DNA of 64,000 nt, taken from positions 3,136,001 through 3,200,000 of the forward strand of contig CP147778.1 in assembly GCA_037305845.1 (NCBI GenBank). Direction: 5' to 3'. A program made the translations under genes and the position numbers. Below the pieces are notes generated by a model, which saw only the letters and a list, made by a program, of their open reading frames with translations, ran no database searches and was not told the DNA's origin. Numbering within the stretch: the first letter of the stretch is position 1; every line of letters begins with the position of its first letter. This document shows, piece after piece, positions 51,333-61,238 of this stretch. The DNA is from Candidatus Freyarchaeum deiterrae. GTDB taxonomy: Archaea > Asgardarchaeota > Jordiarchaeia > Jordiarchaeales > Jordiarchaeaceae.

Positions 51333-51385
51333 TTATATAGGTAAGACCTATATAAGTATATAACTATATGAGTAACACTTATATA
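51333..51385. promoter_or_regulatory. Two tandem palindromic operator-like sites, probably bound by the PadR protein
   Basis: TTATATAGGT-AAG-ACCTATATAA (perfect) and TATATGAGT-AAC-ACTTATATA (one mismatch) upstream of the flavoprotein-padR pair. Confidence 0.7.
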
Positions 51386-51471
51386 TGAGGTTTTCGGAAT
51401 GAAAGTTCTCGTAATAATAAGCAGCCATCAGAAAAAGGTTAGCTCAATAATTTCGATTATCTTACTATATT

Positions 51472-51954
51472 TTAGTCTCGTTTTTTCGTTGGCGAGAATT
51501 TGACCATAAGTAACTGTTGAACATCGTTAATGTCTTGCTCTGATTCTATTTTTACGAATACCCAACGACCCTCAGTATACTGGTGCGCATCTTCGAGAAT
51601 CTTTTTCACTTTATTGCTAAGATTCAAACTAGAAACTTTCTCAGTTTCGGTTTGGCCCAGAATAATTTGTGCAGTGAAACTCCCCTTTCCAGGATATAAA
51701 GATAGGAGAGCCTTGCCTCCTTTGCGGAATCTCTTTGCCCATCCATAGTTTTTTCCATAGAAGGCGAAGTCTTCTCGAGTTCGGTAGTTGTTGGTGATGA
51801 ATTGAGTTAGTTTCTCCCAAAGTGCTCGTTTGGAGCCGAGTGCGGTAAGTATTTCTTCCATTGTGGGTTGTTGTTCTTTGGTAAGGAAAAAACCAATAGT
51901 CATACCCATACCATATCTCCTTATTTTTGTATAAAAAATAGGGTTTACATGCAT
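51472..51954 (-). CDS. DUF3788-family protein
   Basis: GKNYGW..RFRK.GKAL.SLYP and EGRW motifs; true start probably ~51909. Confidence 0.8.
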   Translation of the reverse strand: MHVNPIFYTKIRRYGMGMTIGFFLTKEQQPTMEEILTALGSKRALWEKLTQFITNNYRTREDFAFYGKNYGWAKRFRKGGKALLSLYPGKGSFTAQIILGQTETEKVSSLNLSNKVKKILEDAHQYTEGRWVFVKIESEQDINDVQQLLMVKFSPTKKRD

Positions 51955-52032
51955 GAATCGAAATTCGAATGTTTCATGCGTTATCAGAATATAAAAAGAG
52001 TATATATAAAAAGTTTAAGGAACGTGGAAAAA

Positions 52033-52491
52033 ATGAGGAGAAAAAATCAGGAAATTACCGATAAAAAAGTCATAGAATCTGTGATTAAAAAAGCGGAAAT
52101 TTGTAGAATTGCCTTTTCTGAAAATGATACTCCGTACATTGTTCCAGTTGTTTTTGGTTATAAGGAAAATTGCCTTTATGTTCATTCTGCTCGTGAAGGT
52201 AAAAAGATAGATATAATCCGAAAAAATAATAAAGTCTGCTTTGAATTCGAAGTTGATGTTGAATTAGTTAAATCAGAAAATGTCTGTAAATGGGGGGTTA
52301 AATATTATAGCGTAATCGGTTTTGGCAAAGCTTCGTTGGTGGACGGTGTTAAGGAAAAGAAAAGAGCCTTGGACATTATTATGGAACATTATTCAGATGA
52401 TTCTTATGAGTATTCTGAAGAATTTGTGAATAAATTAATAATAATTAAAATTCTTATTGAGAGTTTGACTGGGAAAAAGTCAAGATATTGA
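52033..52491 (+). CDS. Pyridoxamine 5'-phosphate oxidase / NimA-like flavin-binding protein
   Basis: MRRKNQEI, PYIVP, HSAREGKK, SVIGFG; track start 51868 is over-extended. Confidence 0.88.
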   Translation: MRRKNQEITDKKVIESVIKKAEICRIAFSENDTPYIVPVVFGYKENCLYVHSAREGKKIDIIRKNNKVCFEFEVDVELVKSENVCKWGVKYYSVIGFGKASLVDGVKEKKRALDIIMEHYSDDSYEYSEEFVNKLIIIKILIESLTGKKSRY

Positions 52492-52592
52492 TGCATTTTA
52501 GTCTGGTGATTCTTAAGAAAATATTTATAGCAATCTTTATTTTTATCTAATAGTAAAAAATATTATTCGAATTTATTTTTTGATTCGTTTTT

Positions 52593-53489
52593 GTGGATTT
52601 GTCGTGGGGTGATTTTGTGGAGAGGAAGGTAAGTTTTTACTCTGCTGGGCTTAGGTTGGCAGGAATTGTTCGTGTACCGGTAGATTATAAGAAGGGTGAA
52701 AAAAGGGCTGCTATTGTCCTGTGTCATGGTTTCACTGGAATAAAGGAATGGCTGATTCCACCCTATGCAGAAGCATTTACCAGAGCAGGATATGTTACCC
52801 TCACATTCGACTATCGGGGTTTCGGAGAGAGTGAAGGAATCAGGGGGCGTCTTATTCCCATGGAACAGTCAGAGGACATTCGGAACGCTATTACTTTTAT
52901 TGAAACCTTGGATGAGGTGGATGAGAACCGCATTGGATTGTGGGGAACTAGCTTCGGCGGAGCGAACGCCGTCTACACTGCGGGTATTGATCCGAGGCCT
53001 AAGTGCGTGGTTAGCCAGGTTGGTTTCGGTGACGGTGAGCGTACGGCTAAAGCTTATTACTCAGACTTTGTAAACGTTCTCACGGATTCTATTGAGCAGG
53101 ATCGTCGTAGGCGTGTGTTAACCGGTGAAAATTTTTATATCAAGCAGACCGACGTTTTGTCAGACCCAGAATCTGTGGCTGCAATTACTAGGTATATTAA
53201 AGAGTTGCCAAGGTTTGAAACCGCACTTCCCTTGGAGTTTGCTGAGAACCAGATGATATACAAACCTGAAAACGTTGTGCATTTAATATCTCCAAGAGCT
53301 CTACTATTGATTCAGGCTGAAAAGGATCCCATTATCCCCTTGGGCGAGGCGAGAAGCCTGTACGAGAAGGCGGGTGAACCCAAAAAATTAGTGACTCTTG
53401 AGGGAGTCACCCATTTCCAAATCTATGAGGGTAAAGGTTTTGAGAAATCAAGCCGATTGGCTCTCGATTGGTACAAGATTTACTTGTAG
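52593..53489 (+). CDS. Alpha/beta hydrolase
   Basis: HGF, FDYRGFGESEG, nucleophile GTSFGG, Asp in EKD and His in VTH; likely start is the GTG at 52617. Confidence 0.9.
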   Translation: MDLSWGDFVERKVSFYSAGLRLAGIVRVPVDYKKGEKRAAIVLCHGFTGIKEWLIPPYAEAFTRAGYVTLTFDYRGFGESEGIRGRLIPMEQSEDIRNAITFIETLDEVDENRIGLWGTSFGGANAVYTAGIDPRPKCVVSQVGFGDGERTAKAYYSDFVNVLTDSIEQDRRRRVLTGENFYIKQTDVLSDPESVAAITRYIKELPRFETALPLEFAENQMIYKPENVVHLISPRALLLIQAEKDPIIPLGEARSLYEKAGEPKKLVTLEGVTHFQIYEGKGFEKSSRLALDWYKIYL

Positions 53490-53666
53490 CTAGTTAAATT
53501 TTATTTTTTTTAGTACGATGGAAGGAAGGATCGTTTGCTTTGCTGCCAAGTCAAGAAAAGAACTCTAAAAATTTATGTTGATTGAAGTTCAAAGAAAGAA
53601 TTATAACTTTGTTATGAGTAATATCCTTGAACGTTTTTTCGGATTTTAGATTCGGAAGGATAAGTT

Positions 53667-55232
53667 ATGGATAGGTTGGAAACTACTAATACGGGAATAC
53701 CTTTTTTGGATTCTTTATTGGGTGGTGGATTCCTATCTAATTCAATCATAGTTATTTCCCATCAACCGGGGGCTAAAATGCGGCGGCTTGGTTTTCGGTT
53801 GATATTAAACAGATTTAATGAAAAAGTTCACTTGATTAATGTTACCTTTCACTATTCCTTACAAGAAGTGACAGACTGGGTTAAAGCTTCTATGACTAAG
53901 CCCGAATTACATAGGAAAGTTTCGGAAATCGGTTCTGCTGTCAACATGAGTGTTATCGATTGTTTCAATATTTCTGATTCTGAACAAGCTCAGAAAAAGA
54001 GTAATGTTTGTTATGTTTCTAATCCTTTCAATGTAGATGAACTTCTATCAGAGATGGCGCAAGTTAGGGAGAGTGTTCCAGAAGACAAAAGGGTGTACTG
54101 GTATTTTCACAATCTAACGAATATGAGTATAGGCGTCCAAGAGGAGGAGCTGGTGAAGTTCTGCAGGAGAGCTTTCCGATATCATAAGCAGAGTGGAGAT
54201 CTAGCAGTCTATACTCTTAATGAGAAGGCTCATTCGGACACTTTTTTTGCTAAGGTTTACCAGTTATCGGATGTTTTCATCAAGCTTTTTGTTGAAGAAA
54301 ACGAGTGGGGGCTTAAGAACGGTATTCAGGTTATTAAGGGAGTTTTTCCCTTCCAATCAAAGAAGGTCTTTTATGATATAGATGAAAATGGAGAGATTCA
54401 AGCCCTAGACAATAAGATTGATAGCAAACCGCCAATACAAGCTAATATTCTCAATACCATTAATAATTTTGAGAGCGAAAAGATTGAGAAAGAATCTATT
54501 ATTAGAACAGCAATTCCCAGATTGGATTATTTGCTTGGTGGCGGGCTTTTGTCAAATTCAATAATGGTTGCTTCTTGCCAGTACGGCGTCAGAATTCTAG
54601 AACCCCTGACTCACATTTTCCAAAACCAGTTTGGGGAAAAAACACAGATGATTATGATTAACTATCATTTCTCACCGTACGAGATTGAACCCCGCTTAAA
54701 AATATTGGAGCCGACATCGGATACCCACAAAGGGCCGGCGAAAAGCCTTTCATATGGCAACGTTAGTTTCATCGACTGTTTTAACATGCTCGAAAGCGAA
54801 ACAGATGCTCAAAAAGGTAATATTTATTCTCTCTCTAACCCCTTTGACACGGATAAGCTTTTATCAGTAATGACAAAGGTTAGAAGCAATATTCCAGAGA
54901 ATAAGTCGGTTTTCTGGATATTCACTAGCCTCACCGACATGAGCGTTGGTGTCCCTGAAGCCGAACTAGTGAAATTCTGTAGAAGAGCCTTCCGCTACCA
55001 CAAACGGCTCGGAGACCTAGCACTCTACCTACTAGTTGAGCAAGCTCACTCCGAAGTATTCCTTGCAAAACTCTACCAGTTGTCGGATGTTTTCATCAAA
55101 TTCATTGGGGAAAATAAGCCTGAAGGAATAGATAACAGTCTTCTGGTTTTGAAGGGAATATTTAACATTAGTTCAAAAAAGAGCAGATATCAACTGGATG
55201 ATCAAAACCGGATCCAATTCATTGAAGACTAA
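53667..55232 (+). CDS. Tandem-domain KaiC/RAD55-like protein, Walker motifs degenerate (paralogue 2)
   Basis: TGIPFLDSLLGGG; SHQPGAKM and SCQYGVRI at the Walker A positions. Confidence 0.8.
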   Translation: MDRLETTNTGIPFLDSLLGGGFLSNSIIVISHQPGAKMRRLGFRLILNRFNEKVHLINVTFHYSLQEVTDWVKASMTKPELHRKVSEIGSAVNMSVIDCFNISDSEQAQKKSNVCYVSNPFNVDELLSEMAQVRESVPEDKRVYWYFHNLTNMSIGVQEEELVKFCRRAFRYHKQSGDLAVYTLNEKAHSDTFFAKVYQLSDVFIKLFVEENEWGLKNGIQVIKGVFPFQSKKVFYDIDENGEIQALDNKIDSKPPIQANILNTINNFESEKIEKESIIRTAIPRLDYLLGGGLLSNSIMVASCQYGVRILEPLTHIFQNQFGEKTQMIMINYHFSPYEIEPRLKILEPTSDTHKGPAKSLSYGNVSFIDCFNMLESETDAQKGNIYSLSNPFDTDKLLSVMTKVRSNIPENKSVFWIFTSLTDMSVGVPEAELVKFCRRAFRYHKRLGDLALYLLVEQAHSEVFLAKLYQLSDVFIKFIGENKPEGIDNSLLVLKGIFNISSKKSRYQLDDQNRIQFIED

Positions 55233-55590
55233 CGCATATAATTTAACTTTCTAAACCCATTTGGTCTTCCTCAAGTTTTACACTCAAAGTAACAGTCTCA
55301 ATTTCTGAACTTATTTAAAACCTAGCGTATTATTAGAATCTTCTTAGATATTACAAAAATGACCATTATTGGAAAATTGAATTTTCATCATTATTTTAAT
55401 AAACTGAAAAAGTTTTCCAGCACCGTTACCTTTTACAATATATTTATTTTTTGCTAGTCCTGCGATTGACTAAGCCTAGGAAAGGCCCAGAATAATCTGG
55501 AGAACGAGTTTAAGAAAAAAATATAATTTTGCTATACATTATATTTTTATATAGATTCTATTTCTAAATTTTGGATTCGGTGGATGGGTT

Positions 55591-57156
55591 ATGAATAATT
55601 TGGAAATTACCAGTACTGGGATTTCTGTCTTAGACTCATTGTTGGGTGGTGGATTCCTATCAAACTCAATTATAGTTCTCTCTCATCAACCAGGCTCTAA
55701 AATCCGGGCATTGGGTCTCCAGTTTGTATTAAACAAGTTTGATGAGAAATCTCACCTAATTGATGTTACCTTTAATTTACCCTTGCAAGAAACCTTGGAA
55801 TGGGTAAAAATTCCTATGGAGGCATCCAAAAGTTTAGAAAAAACTATGGATGTTCTTACAGCTGACCGCATAAGTACTATTGACTGTTTCAATATACCTA
55901 AGGAAGAGAATTCGCTAAAAGGTAAAATCCATTATGTTTCTAACCCTTTCAATGTGGAAAATCTTCTATCGGTGATGGCTCAGGTCAGAGAAAGCCTTCC
56001 CAGCGACAAGAAAGTTTACTGGTATTTTAGGGACCTAACAAGCATGAGTATTGGCGTACCCGAAGATGAACTATTAAGGTTCTGCCGTAGAGCCTTTCGA
56101 TACCACAAGCAGAAGGGAGATTTAGCAGGTTATGCAATAAATGAAAAGGGTCATACAGACAGATTTTTTGCCAAGGTTTACCAGCTATCTGATGTTTTCA
56201 TCAAGCTTATAGCTGAGGAAGTCTCGGAAGGACTTGATAGGAGTGTTCAAGTTATAAAGAGTGTATTCCCTTTCCAATCGAAGAAGACTTTTTATGATAT
56301 AGAACAAAGTGGGCGCATTCAATTTATAACCGATAAAATTGAAGGTAGACCAATAACTCCAGTTAGTTGTCTCTCCGCAGTTAATTATTTTGAAGACAAA
56401 ATAAGCAAGGACGACTTCGAATTTTTTACAACAGGGATTCCTAAGTTGAATTTTTTGCTGGGAGGCGGGATGCCGTTCAATTCAATCATCGTTCTTTCCC
56501 AAGGGTACGGAATAAGAATCGTTGAGCCTCTGGCTAACATTTTCCGAAAAGCTGCCAGTGAAAAAATCTGTAAAATCCACATTAATTTTCACTACTCACC
56601 GATGGAGTATGTAACATTCGCAAAAAGATACGAGCAGAAATCAGGTACTCAGACAGAAACATCCAAAAGTTTTGCTGAAGGCACCATGAGGTTTATTGAT
56701 TGTTTCGACAGTCCTAGTAGCGAAGAAGACCTACAGGAAGGAAATATTTATTTCGTCTCCAACCCCTTCGACGCAAATAAACTCTTATCGGTAATGGCGA
56801 AAGTTAGAGAAGAAATTCCGGAAGATAAATTAGTTTTCTGGATACTAGACGACCTAACAGAAATGAGTATCGGCCTGCCCGAGGATGAACTGTTAATGTT
56901 CTGCCGGAGAGCCTTTCGCTACCATAAATCAAAGGGAGACCTAGCACTCTACCTGATGAATGAACAAGCCCATACGGGAATATTTCGGGCAAAACTCTAC
57001 CAACTATCCGATGTTTATATCAGGCTCCTAGGAGGGAACACACCTGAGGGATTAGAGACCAGCATTCAAGTGATGAAAGGCGTCTTCAACGTTAACTCAA
57101 AAAAGGCTAAATACGTAATAGACGAAAAGAGCCAGATGCAATTGGCGGAAGATTAA
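55591..57156 (+). CDS. Tandem-domain KaiC/RAD55-like protein, Walker motifs degenerate (paralogue 3)
   Basis: TGISVLDSLLGGG; SHQPGSKI and SQGYGIRI at the Walker A positions. Confidence 0.8.
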   Translation: MNNLEITSTGISVLDSLLGGGFLSNSIIVLSHQPGSKIRALGLQFVLNKFDEKSHLIDVTFNLPLQETLEWVKIPMEASKSLEKTMDVLTADRISTIDCFNIPKEENSLKGKIHYVSNPFNVENLLSVMAQVRESLPSDKKVYWYFRDLTSMSIGVPEDELLRFCRRAFRYHKQKGDLAGYAINEKGHTDRFFAKVYQLSDVFIKLIAEEVSEGLDRSVQVIKSVFPFQSKKTFYDIEQSGRIQFITDKIEGRPITPVSCLSAVNYFEDKISKDDFEFFTTGIPKLNFLLGGGMPFNSIIVLSQGYGIRIVEPLANIFRKAASEKICKIHINFHYSPMEYVTFAKRYEQKSGTQTETSKSFAEGTMRFIDCFDSPSSEEDLQEGNIYFVSNPFDANKLLSVMAKVREEIPEDKLVFWILDDLTEMSIGLPEDELLMFCRRAFRYHKSKGDLALYLMNEQAHTGIFRAKLYQLSDVYIRLLGGNTPEGLETSIQVMKGVFNVNSKKAKYVIDEKSQMQLAED

Positions 57157-57347
57157 CTAAAATAGTCTAAGAACCTTGGAGCCTTTTAAAAAATTCTTTA
57201 AGGCACCACATAATTCTGCGATTCCCCCACAAAGGAAATCTTTAGATGTTAATAGCCAACCAGATTAATTGGTCAAGCAGTGAATGGTACACTTGAATAT
57301 CAAGGAACCGAATATTTTAACGACCTCTAAGTTGTCTCCTAAAAACA

Positions 57348-58748
57348 TTACCGCTGGGACTCTTTTTCTGTTCCTAGTAAGTTTTCAGCTTGGAAGATTT
57401 CATCTATCTTTTTTTTGTCTAATAACCCTTTTTCCAAAACTAGTTTTTTCACAGACTTTTTACTCTCGAGAGCTTCTTTCGCTATTTCCGATGCCTTAAG
57501 ATAGCCGATGTGTGGTGAGAGCAGAGTGACTAGCGAAGGATTCTTTTCAAGATAGTTCTCACATCTTTCGCGATTCGCTGTTATACCCTCAACACATTTG
57601 GTGATGAAAACTGGAAGGAAGTTCACTAAAAGGTTTATCGATTGGGTGACATTGTATATTATTACGGGCATCATCACGTTTAGTTCCAGTTGTCCTGCCT
57701 GCACGGCCAGGGATACAGTGAGGTCATTTCCCACGATTTGGAATCCAATCATATTCAAACATTCGCACATTACCGGATTTACTTTGCCGGGCATTATCGA
57801 TGAACCGGGTTGAACCGCAGGCAGTAGAATCTCTCCAAGACCCGCAGTGGGCCCAGAAGCGAGTAGCCTGAGGTCGTTTGCGATCCGGATTAGTTCAAGT
57901 GCCAGTTCTTTCAGTCCACTTGATACCGCTGCTATTTTTTGTTGGCTCTGCTGTGCTTCAAAGTGATCGGTTGCAGATTTGAGGTTTAGAAAACTTATCT
58001 CCGAGAGTTTCTTCACTACTTGTTCTCTGAATTTTGGATGAGTATTGACCCCGGTTCCTGTAGCTGTGCCTCCTAAAGCTACCTCTTCCAGTCCCTCCTT
58101 TCTTATTCTTAACTGTTTGAGTGCTCTATCTATCGCAGATGCATAGGCTCCAAATTCCTGCCCTAAAGTAACGGGCAGTGCATCGTTGAGATGTGTTCTT
58201 CCAGATTTAACCACATCAGAGAATTCTTCACCCTTATTCTGGAAAGCGTCTCTTAAATTTTCCAAAAGCTTGAACAATTTCTCAAGACCGAATAATGTGG
58301 AAACATGCATAGCCGTGGGGAAGGTGTCATTCGTCGACTGAGCCATATTTACATGGTCGTTCGGTCCTATTACTTTATAGTCTCCTTTAGGCCTACCCAA
58401 AATTTCCAGAGCGCGATTAGCTAAAACTTCATTCACATTCATGTTGAAAGAGGTGCCCGCTCCCGCTTGGAAAACATCCACCACAAACTGATCCGCCAAA
58501 TTACCTTCCAGAACCTCATCGCAAGCCTGCACTATGGGCTTCCCTACCTTGGAATCTAAAAAACCGGCTTCCATGTTAATTAGTGCCGCAGCCTTTTTTA
58601 TCAGCACATATGCTTTGATGAAGTCAGGGTGTTCCTTCAATCCAGTAACTGGAAAGTTTTCCAAGGCTCTTTGAGTCTGAATTCCATAATAGGCTTCTGC
58701 GGGTACTTCTTTTTCTCCCAGGAAATCCAACTCTCTCCGTGTTTTCAT
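57348..58748 (-). CDS. Aspartate ammonia-lyase / class II fumarase family
   Basis: GSSIMPGKVNP, QSTND.FPT and GRTH motifs; aspA versus fumC not resolved. Confidence 0.93.
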   Translation of the reverse strand: MKTRRELDFLGEKEVPAEAYYGIQTQRALENFPVTGLKEHPDFIKAYVLIKKAAALINMEAGFLDSKVGKPIVQACDEVLEGNLADQFVVDVFQAGAGTSFNMNVNEVLANRALEILGRPKGDYKVIGPNDHVNMAQSTNDTFPTAMHVSTLFGLEKLFKLLENLRDAFQNKGEEFSDVVKSGRTHLNDALPVTLGQEFGAYASAIDRALKQLRIRKEGLEEVALGGTATGTGVNTHPKFREQVVKKLSEISFLNLKSATDHFEAQQSQQKIAAVSSGLKELALELIRIANDLRLLASGPTAGLGEILLPAVQPGSSIMPGKVNPVMCECLNMIGFQIVGNDLTVSLAVQAGQLELNVMMPVIIYNVTQSINLLVNFLPVFITKCVEGITANRERCENYLEKNPSLVTLLSPHIGYLKASEIAKEALESKKSVKKLVLEKGLLDKKKIDEIFQAENLLGTEKESQR

Positions 58749-59083
58749 AATTATCCAACCCGAATCAGCTATAAGTCTTCGAATACAAAACTTTTTCCCA
58801 ACATTTTAAAATTTAATTCCAAAGAATTTAAGCAAACGCAATTAATACTAGCCACTTCACCCTACTTTATTTTTTTTCTTGAAAAAAAACAGGTTACTAA
58901 GAATTTTAAAACGTAAAAGCTATCAAAACTTTCCCACAGATTCAACTCAAAAAGAGGCGAAATGATTCTAACGAATTTTTAAGTAGATTTTATCTAAGAA
59001 ACGCAATTCATTTTGTTAGCAGAGCATGACATGAATTATGATAATAAAAAGTAATCCCCTTTCCCCAAGACTAAAGAGTGCTT

Positions 59084-59635
59084 TTAAAAGAATTCTACTT
59101 CCTTTAAACGGAAGTGCATGACAAATTGGCAGACTGGGTCTCCTCGAGCCCGGCAGAGAGTCTCGTCGACGGTGACTGATTCCGCATTCCAATCCTCTTT
59201 CCTCTGCTCCTCTATCCATTCGGTGACACCCGCATTTGTGTTGCACATGAAAATTTGTGGTGATGGAGATACCAAGTCTTTGCAGATTGGACAATCCGCT
59301 ATTGAGTAAGTTATGTAGACATCTCTCCCATCTCTCCTGAACTCTGTTTTATCATAGGTTACTCCGAAGAAGAATTTGAAACCCAGATTGTAGGCTGACT
59401 TAGTGTTGGCTAACTCTTCCAATTTTTTTGCGGGTTGCTGTGTCGCAGCCAAATATCGTGTGAATATGAATTCTCCCATACTCTTTCCTATTTTTTTCCA
59501 TTCCTGATTAACTCTGGCTGGATCTTTGTATTGCTGCATTAAATAGCTGACCACAGAGTGCGTTTCAGATCTTGCAATGAATGAGTTCATTTTTTCGGCT
59601 TTAATTCTCCATGCTAATGTACCTTTTACACCCAA
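59084..59635 (-). CDS. V4R-domain protein (copy 2)
   Basis: DCPIC...MC...ETLCRARGDPVCQF. Confidence 0.88.
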   Translation of the reverse strand: MGVKGTLAWRIKAEKMNSFIARSETHSVVSYLMQQYKDPARVNQEWKKIGKSMGEFIFTRYLAATQQPAKKLEELANTKSAYNLGFKFFFGVTYDKTEFRRDGRDVYITYSIADCPICKDLVSPSPQIFMCNTNAGVTEWIEEQRKEDWNAESVTVDETLCRARGDPVCQFVMHFRLKEVEFF

Positions 59636-59779
59636 AACTATTTCACCTCATCATTTTTTTAAATAACGAATTTTTGAGTAGATTTTCGCGAAAACATTGT
59701 TCATTTTGTTCGTGTAGTATAATCTGAATTATGATAATAAAAAAATATTCCCTCCCCTCCCAAAGTTTGAAGACTATTT

Positions 59780-60334
59780 TTAAAGGAACTCTACTTCCTT
59801 TAATTTGAAGTGGAAGGTAAACTGGCAGACTGGATCTCCTCGAGCCCGGCAGAGAGTCTCATCCATTGTGACCGATTCCGCATTCCAATCCGCTAACCTA
59901 TGCTCCTCTATCCATTCATTGATGCCCGCATTTGTTTGGCACATGAAAATTGCTGGTGATGGAGATACCAAGTCTTTGCAGAGTGGACAATCAGCTACTT
60001 GGTAATTTATGTAAACATCTCTCCCATCTCTCTTGAATTCTGTTTTATCATATGTTACACCGGTAAAGATTTTGAAACCGAGATTGTAGGCTGACTTAGG
60101 GTCGGCTAACTCCTCTAGGCTTTTTGCGGGTTTTTTGGAAGTAGCCAAGTAATGCACGTAGATGAATTCTCCCATACCTTTTCCTATTTTTTTAAGTTCC
60201 GCATTAACTTTGACTGGGTCGTTGGGGTATAGCTTCATTAAATAGGAAACGAATGAGTGTACTAGAGCTATTGAAATACCCGCGTTCAATTTTTCAACTT
60301 TCATTCTCCAAGCTAATGAACCTTTTACTCCCAT
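59780..60334 (-). CDS. V4R-domain protein (copy 1)
   Basis: DCPLC...MC...ETLCRARGDPVCQF; tandem paralogue of 59084..59635. Confidence 0.88.
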   Translation of the reverse strand: MGVKGSLAWRMKVEKLNAGISIALVHSFVSYLMKLYPNDPVKVNAELKKIGKGMGEFIYVHYLATSKKPAKSLEELADPKSAYNLGFKIFTGVTYDKTEFKRDGRDVYINYQVADCPLCKDLVSPSPAIFMCQTNAGINEWIEEHRLADWNAESVTMDETLCRARGDPVCQFTFHFKLKEVEFL

Positions 60335-60341
60335 AACTATT

Positions 60342-61100
60342 TCACCTCTTCATTTTTTTAAATCCCGAGATGTACCTTATTACACCCTTTGCGCTGTAAT
60401 CACCGGTCGTTATCATAACCCGGACTTTGGGCAAATGAAGCTCCTCAGCAATGTCATCAATGGTATGACCGCCGTCGCAAAGCTCAAGAACTTTTACTTC
60501 ATCTGGATCTTTTACCTTCTTTAGAGATTTTTTATCAACTATGATGGGAAAACTCACCGTTACAGTGTCTCCTGTATTTCCCACAGACGGTGTTCCCATG
60601 GGTGGTTCCTGTATCCCCTCTTCTATTTTCTCTGATGTGATACCCGTTGGAATTGATTCATACGTTTTCTCAGTTACTCTAGCGGAGGAACTTTCTTGTA
60701 CCAGCTCGAGACTTGATTTTTTCGAGGCTACCTCGATTAGTCCCTTTGCCTCGGGGGCGGGAAGCTCGACATCTAAGTCTTTGAACAAGTTAGCAAAATT
60801 TTCCTCTAGACGTTTACCGACAACTATTAGGACTCCTTCTTTTTCGTAGCTTTCTAGAGCTAGGACAATATGGGGTGAAACTTTGTAAACTATTATATTG
60901 CTTTTCGGTAGTTTTTTGAGTTGATAATCTCCTATGTTCCAGACAGGGAAAACACTACTTAGTTTTTTAACTGCCTGCTCTGATTCGCCCGTTAGGGAGG
61001 AGTAGAGAAGATTACCATTGTTGTCTAGGAAGGCTACGTAGCCTTTCTTAGTCATAAACTTTGTAATCTTATCAGCGATTTCTCCAAATCTCTTCTGCAT
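60342..61100 (-). CDS. Roadblock/profilin-like N-domain, linker and C-terminal wHTH protein
   Basis: VAFLDNNGNLLYSS alpha/beta start; VLELCDGGHTIDDIAEEL winged helix; 7 bp upstream of the V4R gene. Confidence 0.6.
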   Translation of the reverse strand: MQKRFGEIADKITKFMTKKGYVAFLDNNGNLLYSSLTGESEQAVKKLSSVFPVWNIGDYQLKKLPKSNIIVYKVSPHIVLALESYEKEGVLIVVGKRLEENFANLFKDLDVELPAPEAKGLIEVASKKSSLELVQESSSARVTEKTYESIPTGITSEKIEEGIQEPPMGTPSVGNTGDTVTVSFPIIVDKKSLKKVKDPDEVKVLELCDGGHTIDDIAEELHLPKVRVMITTGDYSAKGVIRYISGFKKMKR

Positions 61101-61238
61101 AATTCCCGCCTTTTTTACACACTGATTACCAAGTTATATATGAAAAATCTTACATAATAAATCTTTTTAAAAATGGATGGTGCAAAAAACCTTTGAAAAT
61201 ACATTTTTTCGAGTTTCTTCAACACTTTTATCACCTTT

